From Kiritimatiellia bacterium (GTDB taxonomy: Bacteria > Verrucomicrobiota > Kiritimatiellia > JAAZAB01), in contig JAXGPF010000006.1 in the NCBI GenBank assembly GCA_040767085.1, positions 32,001 to 96,000 of the forward strand: DNA of 64,000 nucleotides, written 5' to 3'. Shown one piece after another: positions 18,797-29,200 of this stretch. Numbering within the stretch: position 1 is the first letter of the stretch; the number at the start of each line of letters is the position of its first letter. A program made the translations under genes and the position numbers. Under the pieces are notes generated by a model that was not told the DNA's origin, made no database searches, and was given only the letters and a program-made list of their open reading frames with translations.

Positions 18797-21451
18797 GTGA
18801 ACGCAAACCGCTTAGTTTGGAGTTTGATCATGTTATGTTCTTCCCTGGCCTTCGCCGCCGCGCCGGATGTCAGCCCCGCCGCTGACGGCGCTTTCCCGCA
18901 TAACCTGCGATCCGGCCTGTCCCGGCTGGTGCTGGATAACGGCATGAAAGTCATTCTGCGGGCGGAACGCACGGCGCCCGTCGTTTCCGTCCAATTCTGG
19001 GTCGGCACCGGTTCAGCGCACGAACAGGAACTACTGGGCGCCGGGCTTTCCCATTTGATTGAGCACATGATCTTCAAGGGCACTCCCACCCGCGGGCCGG
19101 CGGAAATTTCCCGCGCCATCAGCGATGTCGGCGGCCTGATCAACGCCTATACTTCGGTGGATCGGACGGTGTTTTTCGTGGATTTGCCGGCCGCCAACTG
19201 GCAGACGGGATTTGAAATCCTGGCCGACGCCCTGCGCCATGCTGCCTTCCCGGAGGATGAATGGCGGCGGGAAAAGGAAGTCATTCTCCGGGAAATGGCC
19301 ATGTGCCGCGATAACCCCGACAATGAAATCTCGCGCCTGCTGCTCGAAACCGCCTACCGCGTGCATCCCTACCGCGTGCCGATAATCGGATACGAAGACA
19401 TCTTCCGGCGTCTGACCAGGGAAGATTTGCTGAACTTCTTTCAACGCCATTACACCCCGGACAACATGATCCTGGCGATTGCCGGGGATATTGACGTCGC
19501 GGCCGCTGCCGAAACGGTCAAGGCGGCTTTTAAAGATTTTACCCGTCGCCCGCGCGCCCCGCTGGTTTTACCGGCCGAGCCGGCTCAACTCAGTCCGCGC
19601 AGCGAGCGGCGCACCGGCCCGCACCAGGTCGGTCGCCTGGAGCAATCCTGGCACACCGTTTCCCTGGAACACCCGGATGCCCCGGCCCTGGACATGCTGG
19701 CCATCGTTACCAGCGGCGGCCGGAGCGCCCGGCTGGTCAGCCGGGTGGTCGAGCGCGACAAGCTGGCGCATCGCATCGATACCTGGTCGTTTAACCCGGC
19801 GGAACCCGGCCTGTTCGGCATCAGCGCCGTTTTCGACCCGGCGCAGGAAACCGCATTATGCGCGGCCATTGAAGACGAAATCCGCGCCTGGCGCCAGGGC
19901 CCCTTCAGCCGTGAAGAGACGGAAAAGGCCCGGCGCATGGTCCTGAACCGGGTCATGCAGGAATGGCAGACAGCCCATGGCCAGGCGCGCAACCTGGCAT
20001 CCGGCGAATTCTACGCCGGCGATCCGCTTTTCATGGAACATTATTTACAGCGGCTGCATCAGGTGACGCCGGAAGATTTGAGCCGCGTGGCGCAAACCTA
20101 CCTGACTCATGCCGGCCGCACCAGCGCCTTCCTGCTGCCTCAGACCGCCGAAGCCGTTCCCGCGGAAATTCCGCCGGCCACGATCATGCCGGCCGTGCAA
20201 AAAAACGCCTTGAGCAGCGGCATGCCCCTGCTGACCATGGAAAACCGGCGCCTGCCGCTGGTCAACATCTGCGTGGCGCTCCAGGGCGGATTGCGGTATG
20301 AAACGCCGGAAAACAACGGCATTACCTGCATGATGGCCGAATTGCTGACCCGCGGCTCGATCGGCCGTTCCGCCAGCCAGATTGCCGAACTGGTGGACAG
20401 CCGCGGCGGCGCTTTCACGGCCTTCGCCGGGCAGAATAGTTTCGGTTTGCAGGCACAATGCCTGGCGGACGACGCGGAAATTTTCATGGAATTGCTGGCG
20501 GAAGGATTGCTGCGCCCGGTGTTCGAGGGAGCCGAAGTCGAAAAACGCCGCCAGATACAACTGGCGCTGATTGCCCAGCAATTGGAGTCGCCCCTGTTCC
20601 TGGCCCAGCAATCCCTGCGACAGATGCTCTTCCCGGGGCACCCCTACCGTTTCGCGCCGGAAGGCCAGCCGGAAACCGTCGCGCGCATTACGGCCGGCGA
20701 CCTGCGCGCGTATCATGCCCGCCTGGCGGTGTCCGGCAACGCGGTGCTGGCGGTGTTCGGCGATATTGATCCAGACCGCGCGGCGGCGCTGGCGGAGAAA
20801 TACCTGCGGGCCATCCCCCGGGGCCCCGGCCCGGCGGTGGAACGGGAGCCGCCGGCGGCGGAAATCAAGCTGCCGGAGGAGCGGGTGCAACTGGCCCCCA
20901 AGGAGCAAACCATCCTCATGCAGGGGTTCCCCGGCGTGACACTGCTCGATCCGCGGGTGGATGCGTTGAACCTGCTGCAAACCATCCTGAGCGGACTTTC
21001 CTCCGACCTGCTGATCAATATCCGCGACAAGGAAGGGCTGGCCTATTTCGCCGGCGCCATTCACCGGCCGGGCATCGAGCCGGGATTGTTCGCGGTGTAT
21101 GCCGGCATTCATCAAAATGCGCTGGAACGGGTGAAACAATTAATGGCGGAGGAGTTGACGCGTCTGGCCGGCGGCGGCATCCGGCCCGAGGAACTCGACC
21201 GGGCGCGCGCACAAATGCTTTCACGCCATCTGCACAACCTGCAACTTAACGGCGAACTGGCCCAGGAATGCTCCTTGAACGAACTGTACGGGCTGGGCTA
21301 TGATTTCAGTTTCCGTCTCGAGCAGCGTTTGCGGCAGATTACCGCGGCGGACCTGGCTGCGGCCGCGGGCCTCTTCGCGCCTGGGCGCATGGCCACCGCC
21401 GTGGTTGCGCCGGACAGCCAGGCCGGAGTGCCGGCCGCAGTGGGAGAATAA
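18797..21451 (+). CDS. M16 (insulinase/pitrilysin) zinc peptidase, two fused halves
   Basis: GLSHLIEHMIFKGT (HxxEH), INAYTSVDRT, second inactive half; start uncertain (GTG 18797 or ATG 18830). Confidence 0.92.
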   Translation: MNANRLVWSLIMLCSSLAFAAAPDVSPAADGAFPHNLRSGLSRLVLDNGMKVILRAERTAPVVSVQFWVGTGSAHEQELLGAGLSHLIEHMIFKGTPTRGPAEISRAISDVGGLINAYTSVDRTVFFVDLPAANWQTGFEILADALRHAAFPEDEWRREKEVILREMAMCRDNPDNEISRLLLETAYRVHPYRVPIIGYEDIFRRLTREDLLNFFQRHYTPDNMILAIAGDIDVAAAAETVKAAFKDFTRRPRAPLVLPAEPAQLSPRSERRTGPHQVGRLEQSWHTVSLEHPDAPALDMLAIVTSGGRSARLVSRVVERDKLAHRIDTWSFNPAEPGLFGISAVFDPAQETALCAAIEDEIRAWRQGPFSREETEKARRMVLNRVMQEWQTAHGQARNLASGEFYAGDPLFMEHYLQRLHQVTPEDLSRVAQTYLTHAGRTSAFLLPQTAEAVPAEIPPATIMPAVQKNALSSGMPLLTMENRRLPLVNICVALQGGLRYETPENNGITCMMAELLTRGSIGRSASQIAELVDSRGGAFTAFAGQNSFGLQAQCLADDAEIFMELLAEGLLRPVFEGAEVEKRRQIQLALIAQQLESPLFLAQQSLRQMLFPGHPYRFAPEGQPETVARITAGDLRAYHARLAVSGNAVLAVFGDIDPDRAAALAEKYLRAIPRGPGPAVEREPPAAEIKLPEERVQLAPKEQTILMQGFPGVTLLDPRVDALNLLQTILSGLSSDLLINIRDKEGLAYFAGAIHRPGIEPGLFAVYAGIHQNALERVKQLMAEELTRLAGGGIRPEELDRARAQMLSRHLHNLQLNGELAQECSLNELYGLGYDFSFRLEQRLRQITAADLAAAAGLFAPGRMATAVVAPDSQAGVPAAVGE

Positions 21452-21468
21452 CAAAGGAGGGCTTGACC

Positions 21469-21924
21469 ATGACCGACAAAAAGCAGCCGGATCAGAACAA
21501 AATCCTGTTCGTCAACATGGTTTCCATGCTGACCATGTCAGCCATGCACCAGTTGGGCAAGATCATCAATCCGGCCACCGGCAAGGCGGAAACCAGCCTC
21601 GAAGGCGCGCAAGCCACCATTGACATGCTGGATATGCTGAGCGCCAAGACCCGCGGCAATCTCGACGAGGAAGAGGGCAAGATGCTGGCGGACACCCTGA
21701 CCATGTTGAAATTGAATTACGTGGAAACCAGCAAGATGGCGCCGGCGGACGGCCAAAAGACGCGGCAGCCGGATGGAGAAAAATCGTCTGCCGCCGCCAA
21801 ACAACCGGCGGATGCCGGCGCCCCAAAAACCGGCGCCGGCAGCGCGCCCGCCGGCACAGGCCAACCACAGTCCGAACCCAAGCCGCCGTCATCCGACGCC
21901 AAGTTCCACAAAAGTTACGGGTGA
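21469..21924 (+). CDS. DUF1844-like protein
   Basis: QLGKIINP..GK...LEGAQATIDMLDML..KTRGNL..EE...L...LTMLKLNYV; AAAGGAGG RBS. Confidence 0.85.
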   Translation: MTDKKQPDQNKILFVNMVSMLTMSAMHQLGKIINPATGKAETSLEGAQATIDMLDMLSAKTRGNLDEEEGKMLADTLTMLKLNYVETSKMAPADGQKTRQPDGEKSSAAAKQPADAGAPKTGAGSAPAGTGQPQSEPKPPSSDAKFHKSYG

Positions 21925-21943
21925 TTTGAGCGTCCGATCCGAT

Positions 21944-22119
21944 GGTAGGGCGAGACCCCGCTCAAAGCGGGGTAAACCTCCGGCTTGTCCCGCTTGGCGC
22001 GGGAGCGAGCCGTCCGCCCGCGGCTCCGTCGGAGACGTCGCCCTACCCCAGGAAACGTCGCCCTACCCCAGGAAACGTCGCCCTACCCCAGGAGACGTCG
22101 CCCGTCCGGAGACGTCGCC
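21944..22119. repeat. GTAG REP doublet with two 21-bp hairpin inserts, followed by a 20-bp tandem array
   Basis: Matches the reverse complement of 50830-50888 after removing 21956-21976 and 21984-22004; ggaRacgtcgccctacccca x3 at 22031-22090 plus partial copies. Confidence 0.85.
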
Positions 22120-22149
22120 TTTTCATCCAGCACTCCGCACGATTGAATA

Positions 22150-23046
22150 TTAATCCGCCGCGACGGCGTTAATATCGGCCGAGAAACCGCCGGCCTCGAT
22201 GAAGGTAGCCTGCATCCGGCGGTTTACCATCTCGTTTTCTCCCGAATCGAAATCCCCCTGGAGGGTGCCGGCGATGGTGATCGCGTAGCCAGCCGAAGAA
22301 CCGCTGGCCGAAAACTGGGCGAATACCTGGGCGTCTTCCGGGATAACTACGCTGGGGTCAGATGCGTCATAGTTGCCGCCAGTGGTATTCATGTCGCCGA
22401 TATTCCCTTCATAAACCGCGCCATTGCTGTCCACCAGGCGCAGGGTATTGCCCGTATGATAGACGACGAAGGAATAAATCGCCTGGCCATGGTTGCCCTG
22501 GCCGGCGTCCTCCTGGGTGACGAGATACATGTAATTGGCCTTGATCGGCGTGCCCGCGGCGATCGGCGCGGGAAATTTCAGCGTCCAGACCCGGCTGGCG
22601 TAGTTGATGGTGCCGGAACTACCGTCAGCGGGCGAGACCGAGAGATTATAAGTGCCCAAGCCTGTATTCGCCGTGGCGTCAGTGAACCGGTAAGAACCGA
22701 CAATGATCGTCAAGGTGCCGGGAATCGGCACGCCATGAATGGTGCCGGAGAACTCCGTCGTCATGCCGTCGCCGGTCCCGATGACCTCATCGCGCGAACT
22801 GTTGGTAACGGAAATGGTACCCAGCATGTTCGTGCGGCCGAATTCGCGCACCAGCACCCTGCCGTCCGGGGCGCGATAATTGCCGCTGAAATTCGCCCAG
22901 TCATAACCGGTGCTCACCCAGGTATCCACTCCGCCGCCGCTGGTCCATTCGCAGCCGGTCATACCCAGAACCATCAATCCCATCCCCGCCAATCCCGCGA
23001 ACACTAACTTGCTCTTCATTGATTTCCTCATTATTTTCCCCGGCAT
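22150..23046 (-). CDS. Hypothetical lipoprotein
   Basis: Basic N-terminus, hydrophobic stretch and MTGC lipobox-like motif; beta-rich T/G/S/Y composition; start uncertain. Confidence 0.75.
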   Translation of the reverse strand: MPGKIMRKSMKSKLVFAGLAGMGLMVLGMTGCEWTSGGGVDTWVSTGYDWANFSGNYRAPDGRVLVREFGRTNMLGTISVTNSSRDEVIGTGDGMTTEFSGTIHGVPIPGTLTIIVGSYRFTDATANTGLGTYNLSVSPADGSSGTINYASRVWTLKFPAPIAAGTPIKANYMYLVTQEDAGQGNHGQAIYSFVVYHTGNTLRLVDSNGAVYEGNIGDMNTTGGNYDASDPSVVIPEDAQVFAQFSASGSSAGYAITIAGTLQGDFDSGENEMVNRRMQATFIEAGGFSADINAVAAD

Positions 23047-23084
23047 CTCTGCCTCGTTACATGTTGTTTATATTGTCAGGGCGA

Positions 23085-23191
23085 CACGGCGGTCAAGGGA
23101 CCCAGGCTTTGCCAAGGCTACGCCGGGCAAGCTGACCGCCCTACCAAATTTTTCTACAATGCACGGCGGTCAAGGGACTGACCGCCCTACC
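23085..23191. repeat. Two adjacent REP halves, one with and one without a 31-bp hairpin insert
   Basis: cacggcggtcaagggac[31 bp]tgaccgccctacc, then cacggcggtcaagggactgaccgccctacc. Confidence 0.9.
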
Positions 23192-23227
23192 TTTTTCCCG
23201 CAATGCAAGGCGTCGCCTTGCCTGAAC

Positions 23228-26200
23228 TTACCGTCTTCCCAGCACCGGCGTGGCGCCGGCAGGCCCGAACTCGCCGCTCATTTCCCGCCCATTCAACAAG
23301 ACGCTCCAGGCGCCGGTCGGCGGATAGTAATAGGCGGGATCCGTGCGGCCATCGCCATTGTAATCGCCGGGCACTGGGATGACGCCATACCAGCCGAACT
23401 GGCCTTCCACGGCAGGCTGCCCGTTCATGGGATAAACGCGCCACCAGCCGGTATTGGCGTTGAACACCGCCAGGTCGGTCCGGCCGTCCCCGTCGTAATC
23501 GCCCGGCACGGGGATTTCATGCGGTCCGCCCCACTGCAGGTTGGAGTTCTGCCCGAACCAGGTGCGGATGGACCAGACGCCCGAGGCCGGATCGTAAACT
23601 GCCAGGTCGGTCCGGCCGTCCCCGTCATAGTCGCCCGGCACGGGGATATGCGTCGGCCCGCCGTGGCTGACGCTCAGCAGTTGTTGATTGTTGTAAGGAT
23701 AGATATGCCAGGCGCCGGTAACGCGGTCATACAGCGCCAGTTCCGTGAACATGTCGCCGTCGTAGTCGCCCGGCACGGGGATCATGTTGGCCAGGCCGAA
23801 GGGCAGGTTGTAGTAATCCCCGCTCATGGTCCAGACCTGCCACAAACCGGAAGCCGCCTGGTACAGCGCCAGGTCGCTGCAACCGTCGCCATCGAAGTCG
23901 CCCGTCAGCGGCGTCATCGAGGCATCGCCAAACTGCCCCTGGTCAACCAGGCCAGCCATGGTATAGACATGCCAATCTCCGGCGGTTGGATCATACACCA
24001 CGGCGTCGGTGCGACCGTCACCATCAATGTCAGCCGGGCTGGCCGCCGGGCCATAGCAGGGAGGCCGGTAATACGGGAAGTCGGCGCGATCCAGGGGATC
24101 GGTGTTGTAACGCCGCAATTCCGCGCCATCCGAATAGCCGTCGCCATCGCTGTCCCAGACGGTGGGATTCAACACCGGGCCGCGGGCGCGCGGCTGGTAC
24201 CCGTAAACCAATCCGTTATAATGAACCTCGAAAGCGTCCGTCAGGCCGTCGTCGTCGGTGTCCAGCAGGCGCGGATTCAGCACGCCGCTGGAATACTGGT
24301 ATTCCTGGTAGTTGGTTTCGCCATCGCCGTCGAAGTCCGTGTCGCCGGTTTGATTCAGGCTGCCGAAATATTCCATTTCCCAGGCATCGGGCAGCATGTC
24401 GTTGTCCAGGTCATGGTCGCGCAGGACCAGTTTGCGCCCGGTCAACTGCATGGTGTTCACCAGCGCCAGCTGCCCGGGTTTATACATATTGTTGTTGTCC
24501 TGCACAAAGCCCTGGGTTTTCCAGGCGGCCCATTCGCCGGACGGCGTCCCGCCGAACGGCGCGGTGTCAATATAAGCCCGCACATAATACGCGCCCTCAG
24601 GCAAGCCCTTGATGGTGAAGGGAATGATCTTGTTGGGATCGGACGTGCGGGGAATGGCCTCGCGCACGCGCGCCTCCGGCATGCCGCTGAAGCCGATGTT
24701 GTCAAAGGCTTCCACCACGAGGCGGGTGGCAGTCGTCTTGCCGTAATAGTAAACTTTGCCGCTGATGGTGCGGGTGTAACTGCTGTTCAGATTGATCTCA
24801 AAGGTCTGGACGGACCCCAGGTCATCGCCGGACCACGGCCCCTGCCCGGCCGGGTTCCAGCCGGCCACGCGCCAGAAATAGGTCCCATTGCCCCATTCGG
24901 AGGCGTAAGCGTCGGGATAATCGCGGCAGATGCCGTCGCGGTCGCGCCCGGGCGCCGGGTAAAGCCGGTCTTCCACCATCGTCAACCGCCCATCGCTCTC
25001 CTTGCGCGCCACCTGCAGGTGGTACATGGTGGCGTTGGTGCCCATGGTCCACTCGAACTGGTTGCGGGCGGCGTACAGCGTGGCGCCGCGGGGCGCGACC
25101 GCGTAAGCCCGCTCCGGCAGGCTCCAATTGATGAAGAACGTGCCGTTTTGCGCGCCCGCCCACCAGCGGTAGGAGCCGGCCGGCATGCCATAGAAGCCGT
25201 AGCGCTGGCAATCCCATTCGTGGAAGAAATTGCGCGGGGCGCGGATATTAAGGTCGAAGTGGTTCGGCGACCCCGCGATGCTGGTGTGATTGATGATCAC
25301 ATGGGTCAGGAGGTTGGTGTCGGAAATATTGGTGGAGCCGGGCAGACTCCACTTAAAGCGGTGATAGCCCGGCAGATTCTCGTGCAGGTAAATGCGGAGA
25401 TCCCGCAAATCGGAAACACCCAGATGGTAAGGCTGGCCATGCGTCACGCCGAACGGTTCGCCCTCGTCCCATTGGTTATTGCCGTTGACATCCAGGATAC
25501 CCGCCAGGTACACCGGGCCTTCCTTGAAGCCGGAGAAACCGAACATGGGGTTCGCCGGATCAATATACGGATAAGATACGCTGATCTCATTGCCTTCCGC
25601 CGGCACTTCGTCGTTAGCCCAGGTCAGGAAAAATTCGCCGGTATTGTAATCCAGCCGGCCGGCGACGCCTTCGCCTGTGCCTTCGCCTTCATAGGTAAAG
25701 GCCTCAGGACCGGTAAAGGTAAACGTCGCGTAACTGTAATACACCATCTGTCCGTCCCACCAATACATGATGGCCGAGATTCTAACCGCCGTGCCGGCCC
25801 GCAAGGGCGCGTAAGGCAACCGGCCGTTATAGGACCGGGTGCCGTTGGCGTAACCGATCACTTCGGAGATGGTGTTGTCCAGTCCGATCTGGGAGGCTTG
25901 CTCGGGACCGTCCATGGAATCCACCTGGTAGCCCCAGACGCGGTAGGTGCCGGTTTTCTGGCCGGTATAAATGATCCGGCCGGTGACGCGCGGGCTGGGA
26001 CGGCTCCCGGAATTCGAGGGGTCGGTGCCGGCGATGAACTCGGCGTAATTGCTCCAGCCGTCATTGTCCTTGTCCAGATGCGAGTCATCCCGCTTGGGAT
26101 CGAGTCCGTACTCGGTTTCCCAGGTGTCGGGCATGCCGTCGCCATCGTCATACAGTTCGCCCCAGGTCAGGGCGTAGGGGTCGGTGGTGCTGCGGCTGTT

Positions 26201-29200
26201 GTAATCGCTCAAGCCGTCGCCGTCCGTATCCCAGTTCATCGGGTTGGTGCCGGCCATGTACTCGGCCCAGTTGGACAGGCCGTCGGCGTCCGGATCGCCC
26301 CAGCGCCCATTGACGCCGGTGGCGTCAAAAGGATCCAGCCCGTAGAGCAGTTCCCACCGATCCGGCAGTCCGTCACCGTCGGAATCAATCGTATCCGGAT
26401 CCTGGGGATCGATGGAACTCAACCAGGTGTCCGGCGGTTTCTTGCCCTGGGCCTTGCCGACCAGCCACATGCCGCGGCCCATGTCAATGCCATAGCCGCG
26501 ATGGGTGAAATTGTACGGATTCGCGTTATTGCGGAAATCCTCCGGAAGAGTGACCTCGCTGTAATTGGAGACGGAAATGCCGTAGCCATCAGGCTCAACG
26601 CCCGGCTGCGCCAGTGAAACCTGGTCAATAACGCGCGTATCCAGCGGCAGCATGCGCGGGATGCTCCTGACGCGGTCCTGGGCGATAACAATGTAATTGG
26701 GATAAATTTCCGAGAAATTCAGCCGGCCGTAACTCACATCCACCGGCAGCGGGGGCCGCCACGGCAACTCGGAAGGCGCGGTGCCTTCAATGGCCGGATC
26801 GGGCAGGCTGTTAAATGTATAGTAGGAGAACAGACTGTTGGCGCCATGCTGGTATGGATCATTGCCGTAAAGCACCAGGCCGACTTCCTCCTGGGTCAGG
26901 CGCCGCAGGCGCCTTTCCTGGATTTCCGCCGTGTTCAAGACCCGGTCCCAGACCCGCACTTCGTCAATATAGCCGCCGAAAAACTTGCTGCCGGCCATGG
27001 GGAAATGCCAGCCGCCTATAAGCTCCGAGCCGCCGACGGTCATGGTGCAATTGGCATGCCAAAGTCCGTAATCGCCCTCAATGCCCCGCGCCGGGATATC
27101 CGTCGTGCGATGCGTCGCCGCGGCACTGCCGTTGACGTAGAGTGTCAGCATGGTTCCATCGAACACCCCCGCCAGGTGAATCCACTCGTTGGTTTGCATC
27201 TGCCCCGCCAGATTCGCGGCGGACGCCCGCTGTTCGGCCCAGGAGCCCAGGCCGTGGAACAAGACATACGGCACGCCGTTGGACCCGATGCCCAACTGGA
27301 AATTGGCCAGCATGCTCAGCTGCGAGCCGCTCGGTCCCAGGATTTGATATTGCGAGGCTTTTTCGACGATGACCTGGTCATGGGGCGCCGTCAGGCGGGA
27401 AGGACGCACCCAGGCTTCCACGGTAAACTTCGTGAAGTCGCCGTAATGCGACCAGGCATACGAACGGCACCAGGAATTGGTGCCGTCCAGCCACAAAACG
27501 CGGTTGCGCAACGGGCTATTGGCATCCAGGGGGTCGGTACCGGCCACCCAATCGTTGGTGCGGAAACCGGTAACTTCCTGGTAATCCCCGATCAAATCGC
27601 CGTCCGTGTCATAACCTTCCGTCATGGCGGCAAACCGGAACGGGAACCAACTCGGCCCGCTCGAAAAACCGAACGCGCTCCAATTTTCCTTGTAGTTAAA
27701 ATACACAAACACGTATGGGTTCAATGCATTCGCGCTGGAATACGGGTCGGTCCGCCACAGGGGCGACGGACAGGTGTGCAACTGCGCCTGCCGGTAATAA
27801 GAATATTCCTGGAAACTCGACAAGCCGTCGCCATCCGGATCGTTCCCCGGGCACCCATGCCCGTGCGGACCAATTAAATTTCCCACCATCATGAGCTTAA
27901 CGTTCGCGTCGTCCGTCGCATGCATGGTGTTGAAATAATCCACCAATTCCATGAAATTCTGGAATGGCCCGGAGGAGGCGCTGCCGACTTGCTCGCCCGG
28001 GATGCCGGGCGCGCTGTCGGTTGCCCGCGTCAGCCCCAGATCGTAATGCACACCTTCCAGGTTGATATACAGCGGATTCAGGCAATGGAAGACATCCCAG
28101 AAATCATCCATGCCGTTGACATTGGAGTCCATGGGTGTAATAGAAGGTCTGCTGCTGAAGAAATGGCTAGGGCCGGCAAAAGTGGTATTGTAATTTTCGT
28201 AACCGCCCCAACGGCCGCTGTAACCCCAGCAGTTGGTGGCCGGGAACGCGGCGCGCAGCACGGCGACATCCTGGGTGACGCCGCTCAAGGCATTCGCATA
28301 CATGAACGAGGCGCAGGACAGGTAATGCGGCGGCAGGAAAACGTCCATGTTACGCGGACCAATCCCTGTATCCCACGGCATGGTGCGCCGCGAGATGAAT
28401 TTAACGGCCTGGTATGAGGCAAATAAATCCGGCGGCATCCAGCGGGGATTACAGAACTGCCATTCGGTAACGGTGCCCGTCCAGTATTCCTGCCAATTGA
28501 TCAAACCATCGCCGTCGGTGTCGGCGTTGGCGTCGTTGAAGCGCGGGTTGGCGCCGGCGAAAATCTCCCAGCCGTCGGGCAAACCGTCGCCGTCGGTGTC
28601 TGCCAGGGTCGGGCAGGTCAGGTGCGTCTGTTCCACCCCGTCCAGCACGCCATCCCAGTCGGTATCGCGCGGATGCGGGTCATTCGGCGCCGGCGCCAGG
28701 ATGACCCCGGGGTCGCTGGGCAAAAGCTTGGCGTCATACGCGCTGCCCTGCGCCAGCAGGTGGGCCCGATTGGCCCATTCCAGCAGGTTGCTGAGCCCGT
28801 CGCCGTCGGCATCGGCGCCGGCGTCTCCACTGTAATTCGGGTTCAATCCGACATACAATTCCCAGCCATCGGGTATATTATCGCTGTCCGAATCCTGGCG
28901 GGACGGGTCGGTGGCGGAAGGGCGGCCGGGGAACAGCCAATCGTCGTTGACCGCGATGACGCGGCCGGCGGCATCCCAGGAAAGCCGCCCGATATAGTCG
29001 CCGCCCAGGTATTCCTGGAAATTGTTGTAACGCGCGGTGAAATCGGGGCCGGGCCACCGGACAGCGCGGCTGGCGGTGCCGGCGGCGTTGGTCATGTTCA
29101 GCACCAGCTGGCCGGCGCCTTCCATCCAGGCCGTGAAGGGGCTGAACATCGAAACGCCGGGGTGCAGTTCAACCGGCGTGGATTTATATACCAGTTCGTT

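Noticed and set aside
22910-26617. 1235-aa plus-strand ORF
   Set aside because: Antisense shadow of the giant protein with no motifs; expected from GC-rich codon bias
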